In this document: positions 32,358-39,562 of the stretch, piece after piece
Numbering within the stretch: the first letter of the stretch is position 1
Layout: every line of letters begins with the position of its first letter
Assembly (NCBI GenBank): GCA_036172155.1
Contig: JAVHSM010000033.1
Location: 1-42,568, forward strand
Reading direction: 5' to 3'
Length of the DNA: 42,568 nt
Source: Candidatus Magasanikiibacteriota bacterium
GTDB lineage: Bacteria > Patescibacteriota > Patescibacteriia > Magasanikbacterales > GWA2-37-8
Notes under the pieces: generated by a model
What the model was told of the DNA's origin: nothing
Seen by the model: only the letters and a program-made list of their open reading frames with translations
Databases searched by the model: none
Made by a program: the position numbers and the translations under genes

Positions 32358-33593
32358 TTAGAGACGACGAGTGTTACTGGCGAAGGCAATCACAGATTGC
32401 GATACCTCCACCGAAGTTTTATTATGCACACGCTCGACGAAAGCGTGCACATCTGGCCACTTCATTTCTTCCCAAAATGAAACCGGCGGCTGGGGCGCAA
32501 ACCCCAACGCTGGAAAATGGTTTTTACACCATTCCAACGCTTCTAGCGGGATATTTGTCCCCGCCAGATGCCCTTGCCATCCGTAAACTGCCCGAGTGAT
32601 TGTCTCGCCCGTACAGCCCCACAGAACATGATGACCACCAGCACCAACATCAGCGAGAAATTTACCACCGAATTGGCCAAATGATTCCGGCAAAACTTGA
32701 TCAGTGAACTGACCACAACCGGAAATCAGAACCAGACGGTTCTTATTCCAATCGGGGTGTTCATGACAGGCCGCCGGAGTGGTCATATCAAGCACAAGTG
32801 TCCCGACAGGAATCTCACTAGGAGCGAGATCCATACCGGTAGTGGCTACAATCACAAGATCACTCTTATGCTGGTGACACGCCACACTCTTATCTTGATG
32901 AATTTCCACAAGACTACCCCTCACACGATCGCGCAGATCGTTTAGGCGGGTTGCGTTGGCTTCGTTTCCCTTTCCTACGAGTTGGATACTCGATGGATTG
33001 AGACTAGGAAGAGCGCGGGCAATCGCATCACCAATGGCACCGTTGGCGCCAATGACAGAAACTCGAAAACCATTTTCAAAACCGGCACGACGAATGGTTT
33101 CAAGTACCAAAGCCGCCGTACCAGAGTCTCCATGAGTGGTTGAGATTGTTGAATCTGTTTTCACCCACGGATTATTGTTTAAGAATTTCTGTCCATGATT
33201 GGTGGCCACCTTTGTTAAAGCACCCCAACCAACGGTGATATGAACCCTGTCTCTTTTTGCTTCAGCAATGGCGGCGAGTGCCACTACTTCGGCCCAAGTA
33301 TACGCCCGTTCACTCTTACAGGCGGCCAAGAATTCTCCGGCCAAGATTGGAATAATATAGAAATCAACCCAAACTGGCTGTCCTTGACCGTCCGTCGGAA
33401 TGACGGGGAAACTAAACCAATTGATAGCTTCAGGATCTTCGCCTTCCTGAGGCCATTTCTTACCAAGAGCATCTAGGCGCCGACCAATGAGGTCGGTGGA
33501 AAGATACCCGTCGATAAGTGCGTGTGCAATAAAGGCCACACGCGGCCAACTTTTTTCCGGCCAATTTGACCGGTTCGGGCGCGCAATGCGCAT
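32358..33593 (-). CDS. GC-rich NAD(P)-binding oxidoreductase of the COG5322 type (the family that includes cyanobacterial acyl-ACP reductase)
   Basis: 411 aa with an ATG preceded by AAGAGGAGG. Its motif order parallels Synechococcus Aar as I recall it: FIAHAL (LIGHL), FYIIPILAGEFL (YIESCFLPEML), GWGALTKV (ALGGFTSI), TTHGDSGTAAL (TTGNTHTAY), VSVIGANGAIGDAIARAL (VAVVGATGDIGSAVCRWL) and DLVIVATTG (DFIVWVAS). A 60-nt sample at the 3' end has 30 G+C. Confidence 0.5.
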   Translation of the reverse strand: MRIARPNRSNWPEKSWPRVAFIAHALIDGYLSTDLIGRRLDALGKKWPQEGEDPEAINWFSFPVIPTDGQGQPVWVDFYIIPILAGEFLAACKSERAYTWAEVVALAAIAEAKRDRVHITVGWGALTKVATNHGQKFLNNNPWVKTDSTISTTHGDSGTAALVLETIRRAGFENGFRVSVIGANGAIGDAIARALPSLNPSSIQLVGKGNEANATRLNDLRDRVRGSLVEIHQDKSVACHQHKSDLVIVATTGMDLAPSEIPVGTLVLDMTTPAACHEHPDWNKNRLVLISGCGQFTDQVLPESFGQFGGKFLADVGAGGHHVLWGCTGETITRAVYGWQGHLAGTNIPLEALEWCKNHFPALGFAPQPPVSFWEEMKWPDVHAFVERVHNKTSVEVSQSVIAFASNTRRL

Positions 33594-33693
33594 GTTGCCT
33601 CCTCTTTGCCTTGTGGCAAAAAAACTGTTGATGACCCGATGATGAAAACAAAAAATATTATATCCATCATCCGGACATCAAATTATATCCGAA

Positions 33694-34059
33694 TTAATCA
33701 CGAAATCTTCCCAAATTAATATCCAACGCTTTAAAAACTAAATTTAAAGTTTTAATTTTTAATTCTCCTTTTTTTGCTACCAACAATTCACGCGGTACAG
33801 TAAAAATTTTGTGAAGCATACAAATACCATCTACACCAACACCCAATTCATCCTTATTTATTAAAACTTCATTGGCAAAAACTTCATCATCTTTTTTATA
33901 AGGTTTAATTAGAACGCATACTACTGTAGGCAAACCATCATTGAGAATATTATCTTGCAAAATTAAAACAGTTTCTTTTGAGCCACTCTCTCTTTCATAC
34001 AAAAAAACATCACCACGACGAACAGCACCACAATACATTTTATCAAAATTAAATTCCAT
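33694..34059 (-). CDS. mazF: type II toxin, MazF/PemK family
   Basis: 121 aa. RRGDVFLY, ETVLILQDNILNDGLPTVVCVLIKPY and GICMLHKIFTVPRELL follow the MazF/PemK pattern. It starts 1 nt after the upstream small ORF. Confidence 0.7.
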   Translation of the reverse strand: MEFNFDKMYCGAVRRGDVFLYERESGSKETVLILQDNILNDGLPTVVCVLIKPYKKDDEVFANEVLINKDELGVGVDGICMLHKIFTVPRELLVAKKGELKIKTLNLVFKALDINLGRFRD

Positions 34060-34060
34060 A

Positions 34061-34258
34061 CTATTGTCTTTTTCTACTAACTTCCCTGAGTTTATCTTCT
34101 ATCTGTTCAATTTCACGTTTACGTTTATAATCCAAAATACATTCGACCAAAAAATCACTACGTTTGCCATGAGGAAAAGTTTTACGAAAATATGCGGCCA
34201 AACTTTTGGGAATTTTAATAACTAAACGCTCAATAATGTCTTCGTTGGCATTTTTCAT
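34061..34258 (-). CDS. antitoxin (RHH/CopG-like)
   Basis: 65 aa. LVIKIPKSLAAYFRKTFPHGKRSDFLVECI has a ribbon-helix-helix-like pattern. It is directly coupled to the toxin gene. Confidence 0.6.
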   Translation of the reverse strand: MKNANEDIIERLVIKIPKSLAAYFRKTFPHGKRSDFLVECILDYKRKREIEQIEDKLREVSRKRQ

Positions 34259-34307
34259 ATTTATTAAAAGCTCATATTTACTACTAAATTAACACTACAC
34301 CAATACA

Positions 34308-34340
34308 GGTGCACTGTAAAGGTGCACTATTAAATAGTGT
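34308..34340 (-). promoter_or_regulatory. candidate toxin-antitoxin operator
   Basis: Direct repeat GGTGCACT (34308-34315) and GGTGCACT (34321-34328), each with the palindrome GTGCAC. The adjacent near-palindrome CACTATTAAATAGTG lies 50-80 nt upstream of the antitoxin ATG. Confidence 0.5.
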
Positions 34341-34346
34341 GGATAA

Positions 34347-34370
34347 ATAAAAAAACAGGCTAACGGCCTG
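34347..34370 (-). terminator. intrinsic terminator after pyrD
   Basis: Hairpin CAGGC-TAACG-GCCTG (34356-34370), followed by a T-run on the minus strand. Confidence 0.6.
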
Positions 34371-34383
34371 ATATTTTATACAA

Positions 34384-35472
34384 TTAAGCATTTTCCCCTA
34401 TCGCCCCCTCAATACTTTTAAAACCGTCATTTTTAATTAATTCAATCAAACCTAAATTTATTTTTCTTATAGCCAATGGGCCATTATAAATAAACCCAGT
34501 AATCATTTGCACAGCACTAGCCCCGCATTTTATTTTATCATAAGCGTCTTGCGCTGAAAATATACCACCCACTCCGATAATTTTCAGTTTCTGACCGGAA
34601 CGACGATAAATTCTTTTGATAATTTCATTACTTTTATCAGTCAATAATTTTCCGGAGATTCCACCTGGGTGATTCAATTTTTCCGACTCGCTCACAGACT
34701 TAATACTACTGCGATTTTTTATCAGATTTGTAGCAATAATCGCCGCCACATTATTGGCCGCGCAAATATCGGCAATTTCATCATACTGTTCCATGGTCAT
34801 ATCCGGGCCAATCTTTATGAAAATATCAATTTTGGAATTTAATTTATTTTTTAAATTATTTATTTTTTCCGTCAATTCTTTAATAAAAGAAACTTGCGCG
34901 AACTGATCACAGCCGGCGACATTCGGACAGCTGACATTGAGAGTAATATAATCGGCATAAGAAAACAACATTTCAAAACTACGAATATACTCCGCGGTCA
35001 TTTCCGACAATGACAGTCCGGTGGTCGGCGCGATACTCAAACCAAGCGGAATCGCGCGTTGTTTTAATTTTTTCAATTTCTCAACTACTTTTTTTGCTCC
35101 ACAATTGGCCAAACCATAATATACAATCAAACCTTTATCTTTTGGTATCCGCCACAAACGTGGTTTGGGATTGCCTGGCTGTTCGCTATATGTGATAGAT
35201 CCCAGCTCGGCATAGCCAAATCCGAGCATCGAATACGCCAACGGTGCCGTAACATTTTTATCAAAACCAGCCGCCAAGCCAACCGGATTTCCCAATGTTA
35301 AATTACCAATTTTTACCGACAAAATCTGATCGTTAATATTTAAATAATTTTTTATTAATTTGGCCAAAAGCTTTACCCGACTAACCAAAGATAAACCGCC
35401 AATCACAAAATGATGTATCTTTTCCGGATCAGTCTTGAACAAAATCGGACGGATTATTTTTTCGTACAGCAT
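34384..35472 (-). CDS. pyrD: dihydroorotate dehydrogenase (quinone), class 2
   Basis: GLAAGFDKN, LNVSCPN and IGVGGIFSAQDAYDKIKCGASAVQ motifs. The ATG at 35472 (MLYEKIIRPILFK) follows the argS stop. The track start at 35523 is TTG. Confidence 0.9.
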   Translation of the reverse strand: MLYEKIIRPILFKTDPEKIHHFVIGGLSLVSRVKLLAKLIKNYLNINDQILSVKIGNLTLGNPVGLAAGFDKNVTAPLAYSMLGFGYAELGSITYSEQPGNPKPRLWRIPKDKGLIVYYGLANCGAKKVVEKLKKLKQRAIPLGLSIAPTTGLSLSEMTAEYIRSFEMLFSYADYITLNVSCPNVAGCDQFAQVSFIKELTEKINNLKNKLNSKIDIFIKIGPDMTMEQYDEIADICAANNVAAIIATNLIKNRSSIKSVSESEKLNHPGGISGKLLTDKSNEIIKRIYRRSGQKLKIIGVGGIFSAQDAYDKIKCGASAVQMITGFIYNGPLAIRKINLGLIELIKNDGFKSIEGAIGENA

Positions 35473-35480
35473 ATTTATTT

Positions 35481-37199
35481 TTACATCTCCTCTACCGTAT
35501 CTATCGTCAGTATATTTAAACAATTTTGTAATACTTGTTTAACAGCCAGACACAAAACCAATCGGGCTTTTACCAAATTTTTATCTTCACTACTCAAAAC
35601 CTTATGTTTGGCATAAAAATCGCTAAACGCTTGCGCAACATCAAAACTATATTTGACCAAAACCGATGGATTATAATTGGCAAAAGCCTTTTTGAGAGCC
35701 TCACCATAATCTCCCAACATCAAAATCAATTGCTTTTCTTCCGGTGAATTCAGCAAATTAAAATCTACATTTTTGGACAATTTACCCTTACGCAAGATAC
35801 TGTTGATACGGGCTATCATATACAAAACATACGGACCGGTAAAACCTTCAAATTTAGTCGCCGCCGCAAAATCAAAGATGATAGTTTTGTCCGCTTCGTG
35901 TTTGAGAAAATCAAATTTTATAGCTGCCATTGCTACCGTCCAAACGGTTTTTTCTATTTTCTTTTTATTCCAATCGGGATGACGCCTCTCTGTTTCCTGC
36001 AAAATTTTCCCATATACTTCATCACGCACATCATCATATAAAATTACTTTGCCGGTTCGCGAAGACATCTTTCCTTCTGGTAACATTACCAAACCATGTC
36101 CTATGTGAGTCATCTTGTAATTATAACCGGCTTTTTGCAAAACTCTAAAAAGTTGTTTAAAATAAAAATTTTGTTCACTACCAGTAAGAGTAATACTCTC
36201 AGAAATATTTTTATACTTTTTATTTTTTGCCACCGCCAAACCCAAATCACTGGTGAGATACAAACCGGCACCATTACTTTTGCGCAACAAAGCAATATCC
36301 AAATTTTCAGCTGTCAAATCCAAAATGATTGCCCCACCCTCGCCTATGGTCGCTATTTTATTTTTTAAAAGTTCATCGACAATTTTTTGGCCGGCATCTT
36401 TGACATCTTGTTCGTAAAAAGTGTAATCCAATTTCAAACCCAATTCTTTGAAGGCTTTATCAAATCCATCAATACTCCACTGTCTGGTTTTCTTAAACAA
36501 TGTCCAAATACTTTTATCGCGCGCTTCCAATTTTTTTTGCATCGCAAAAGATTGCTCTTTTTCCTCCGGATGGGACTCCAAATAAATACTGGCTTCCGCA
36601 TAAATTTCTCCCAACCATTTTTGTTCTTGGCCTTTTGGCGGTTTTTCGTTGGCATGAAATTTTAGCAAACACCAAAGACATTTCGCCACATGTGCGCCAA
36701 AATCATTGAGATAATTTATCGGGCTAATCGACACACCATTGACTGAAAAAATATTCGTTAGCGCATTGCCCAAACAGATATTGCGCAAATGGCCAATGTG
36801 CAATTCTTTGTGAGTGTTGTTGCTGGGAAATTCGATAATTACTTTTTTACCTTTTTGCGAATTATTAATACCATATTTTTTTCCTTGCTTTTGAATGTTG
36901 CTAATAATATTTTTGGCTATAATTCCAGAATTAAGAAAAAAATTCACATATGGTCCAAAAGCTACAACCCTAACTACTAAATTGCCATTTTTATTTTTGT
37001 CATTCCCGTGCAAACGGGAATCTATCACAGCCACTACCCCCTTCGCGCACTCCACCGGATTTTTTCCCTGCAATTTTGTTAACTCAAAACATCCAAATGC
37101 CAAATCACCCATCTCCGGTTTTGGCACAGGAGATAATTTTATCTCACCTTTTACTCCGGCGTCTTGTAGTAGTTTTATAATTGATTCTGATGCCTGCAT
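35481..37199 (-). CDS. argS: arginine--tRNA ligase, with an in-frame repeat insertion in the N-terminal domain
   Basis: 572 aa with HIGHLRN and a C-terminal DALR-type anticodon-binding region ending in the EEM-like terminus. Confidence 0.93.
   Translation of the reverse strand: MQASESIIKLLQDAGVKGEIKLSPVPKPEMGDLAFGCFELTKLQGKNPVECAKGVVAVIDSRLHGNDKNKNGNLVVRVVAFGPYVNFFLNSGIIAKNIISNIQKQGKKYGINNSQKGKKVIIEFPSNNTHKELHIGHLRNICLGNALTNIFSVNGVSISPINYLNDFGAHVAKCLWCLLKFHANEKPPKGQEQKWLGEIYAEASIYLESHPEEKEQSFAMQKKLEARDKSIWTLFKKTRQWSIDGFDKAFKELGLKLDYTFYEQDVKDAGQKIVDELLKNKIATIGEGGAIILDLTAENLDIALLRKSNGAGLYLTSDLGLAVAKNKKYKNISESITLTGSEQNFYFKQLFRVLQKAGYNYKMTHIGHGLVMLPEGKMSSRTGKVILYDDVRDEVYGKILQETERRHPDWNKKKIEKTVWTVAMAAIKFDFLKHEADKTIIFDFAAATKFEGFTGPYVLYMIARINSILRKGKLSKNVDFNLLNSPEEKQLILMLGDYGEALKKAFANYNPSVLVKYSFDVAQAFSDFYAKHKVLSSEDKNLVKARLVLCLAVKQVLQNCLNILTIDTVEEM
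36999..37022 (-). repeat. short palindromic repeat inside argS, translated in frame
   Basis: The plus strand reads GTCATTCCCGTGCAAACGGGAATC. In gene sense GAT TCC CGT TTG CAC GGG AAT GAC encodes DSRLHGND of VIDSRLHGNDKNKNG. Confidence 0.8.
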
Positions 37200-37203
37200 A
37201 AAT

Positions 37204-38406
37204 TTATTTCACTTTTACAAACCAACGACTACCTTTTTGCACCACATCTCCTTTTTTTACAGTATGCACATAGTCTTTTACTTCCACTTTTATTTCATTT
37301 ATTTTTACTCCGCCTTGATCAATTACCTGACGAGCTTCGCCTTTGCTTTTACAGACTTTTGCTTCCACCAACAAAGTAGCAATATTATAAATACTTGGTT
37401 CCACTTCCGGCATTTCGTCCGGCTGTTCTTTTTTGGAAAAGGTCGCCACAAAATATTCCTGCGCTTTTTTAGCTTCTTTTTCTCCCAAAAATGTTTTTAC
37501 AATTTCACTGGCCAAACATAATTTGATATCACGCGGATTCACACCAGCTTTCATTTCTTTTTCTATTTTATCTATTTCGTCCATTGGTACGACAGTGCAA
37601 AGTTCAAAACCTTTGACAATCATACTATCCGTCCAACTCATCACTTTTCCAAACATATCTTCTGGCGTATCACCTAGCGCGATCATATTTCCTTCACTCT
37701 TACCCATTTTTTTACCACTACTATCCACCAATAATTTTGTGGTCAAAACAAATTTTTCTTTATTTTTTAAATCTTTCATCAGATCACGACCAGCCAACAT
37801 ATTGTATGTTTGATCATTACCACCAACTTCACCATCGACATCCATCGCCACACTATCGTAGGCTTGCATCACCGGATACAAAAATTCATGCAAAAAAATT
37901 GGTTTGTTTTCCTCTTTTCTTTTGGCAAACATGTCACGCTCCAACAATCTATCCACAGTAAAATGAGAAGTCAATTCCAACACACCACCAAAATTTAATT
38001 TTCCCAACCACTCACCATTATATTTTAACTCTACCGGATTATCTCCTTCAAAATTTAAAATAGTACTGGCCTGTTTTTGATAATTTTTGGCATTAGTCAA
38101 AACCTGTTCATGAGTTAATTGCACACGCACCGAAGTTTTATCCGTCGGATCACCAATCATACCGGTATAATCACCAATCAACATAATAACTCTGTGACCA
38201 AGATCCTGAAACTGACGCAATTTCATCATCGTGATTGCATGACCAATATGCAAAGTCGGCGCAGTCGGATCATAACCGGTATATAAAGTAAGTTGCCTTC
38301 CTTCTTTTAAACGCGTTTCCAAAAATTCTTTTTTTGGATAAATATTTTCTACCCCGCGAGAAAGTAATTCCTGAATTTTTTTGTCATTAGTAATTATTTT
38401 TGGCAT
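37204..38406 (-). CDS. tyrS: tyrosine--tRNA ligase
   Basis: 400 aa with LHIGHAI (HIGH), KMGKS (KMSKS) and a C-terminal S4-like domain. Confidence 0.95.
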   Translation of the reverse strand: MPKIITNDKKIQELLSRGVENIYPKKEFLETRLKEGRQLTLYTGYDPTAPTLHIGHAITMMKLRQFQDLGHRVIMLIGDYTGMIGDPTDKTSVRVQLTHEQVLTNAKNYQKQASTILNFEGDNPVELKYNGEWLGKLNFGGVLELTSHFTVDRLLERDMFAKRKEENKPIFLHEFLYPVMQAYDSVAMDVDGEVGGNDQTYNMLAGRDLMKDLKNKEKFVLTTKLLVDSSGKKMGKSEGNMIALGDTPEDMFGKVMSWTDSMIVKGFELCTVVPMDEIDKIEKEMKAGVNPRDIKLCLASEIVKTFLGEKEAKKAQEYFVATFSKKEQPDEMPEVEPSIYNIATLLVEAKVCKSKGEARQVIDQGGVKINEIKVEVKDYVHTVKKGDVVQKGSRWFVKVK

Positions 38407-38411
38407 ATTTT

Positions 38412-39545
38412 TTATTCTTGTTTTTGAATAATTGGTAATCTAATTTCAAACACGGTACCATGTTCCAAACTTTCGTCAAATTCAACTTCGTTGGCTTTTT
38501 CTATTGTTGATCCATATTGAAAACGAATCATTCCATCACTAACGGTTTTGGTGGACACATACAACTCTCCACCAACCGATGCCAAACGAGTATCAAAATC
38601 CGCTAATCCTTTGCCTGTACTACCTGTTCCCGATGCCCCTTCGTGAAAAATATAAATCTCTTTTTCTTTTCCTGTTATTTCATCTATTTCTTTATAACCT
38701 TTTTGTAAAAATTTTGGTCTTATTCCTTTTCCATTGTCCACAATACGAATCACTAACCAATCTCCTTTTATTTCAACTGCTTGGGTCACTGTGGTCGCTT
38801 CCACTCTATCTTTTAGCGCATTACGCAAAGCATTTAACACAAAATTACCAACCAGTCCACTATTGCCACCAATCTTTTTATCCTTCAGCTCCATATTTAA
38901 ATTACCCCAAACTTCGTTTGAAACTAAATTTATTTGAATACCATTAATTTTTTTATAAGCCGAACCTGCTTTTGTAGAAAATACCCTTATACTTTCTAAT
39001 TCTCGTGTATTAAAATAATCATCAACTCCTTTGAGCGCGTCCACATCTGTTCCTGTTTGAAATTCAGAAGATATTTTTTCCTTTGAAACCATACGCAACA
39101 ACATATCTTCCACGACAACAAAATACCGATCCCAAACATACAATAAATTTTTTAATAATTCAAAATTTATTTCATCACCTTCATGAACATAGTCTAAAAT
39201 AAGCGACAAATTACCTTCTACACCGTTGGCAATAGCCCCCAAATCGTGTTGACAGCGCGCGATTGATTCCTCATTACTTCTTAAAAAATTAAACAAACCA
39301 AAAATTTTAGTTATTTGCTGTTCATTTTGTAAAAATAATTCATCGATCGCAACTTGATCATTTATTTGAATATTTTTCTTAACCTGAGAAATAAAACTAT
39401 CATTGTGGCGATTATTTAAAAAATTTAATACTGTTAAATAATCAGAAGCTTTATCTTTTAGTTCTTGCTCTTTTTTGCGATTCATTTCTGCTGATACCTG
39501 TTCCCCAACTGACAACACCCCTATATCATTTGTATCACCACTCAT
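38412..39545 (-). CDS. soluble histidine-kinase-like protein (GHKL ATPase domain)
   Basis: 377 aa with no TM segment. The candidate H-box is ARCQHDLGAIANGV, the N-box is GNFVLNALRNAL, G1 is VDNGKGI and G2 is GTGSTGKGL. Confidence 0.65.
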   Translation of the reverse strand: MSGDTNDIGVLSVGEQVSAEMNRKKEQELKDKASDYLTVLNFLNNRHNDSFISQVKKNIQINDQVAIDELFLQNEQQITKIFGLFNFLRSNEESIARCQHDLGAIANGVEGNLSLILDYVHEGDEINFELLKNLLYVWDRYFVVVEDMLLRMVSKEKISSEFQTGTDVDALKGVDDYFNTRELESIRVFSTKAGSAYKKINGIQINLVSNEVWGNLNMELKDKKIGGNSGLVGNFVLNALRNALKDRVEATTVTQAVEIKGDWLVIRIVDNGKGIRPKFLQKGYKEIDEITGKEKEIYIFHEGASGTGSTGKGLADFDTRLASVGGELYVSTKTVSDGMIRFQYGSTIEKANEVEFDESLEHGTVFEIRLPIIQKQE

Positions 39546-39562
39546 ACAATAATAAAAAATAA

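Noticed and set aside
33460-33670. Two overlapping ~63-aa minus-strand ORFs upstream of and overlapping the oxidoreductase start.
   Set aside because: They are out-of-frame overlaps produced by the high G+C of the region. The 411-aa frame with a GGAGG ribosome-binding site explains the sequence.
36895-37521. 208-aa plus-strand ORF, and other long antisense ORFs such as 30126..30554, 21437..21866, 11056..11397 and 14787..15191.
   Set aside because: All lie antisense to strongly supported genes (argS/tyrS, bactofilin, rplL, the 879-aa ORF, mreB). Their sequences are low-complexity and there are no start signals.
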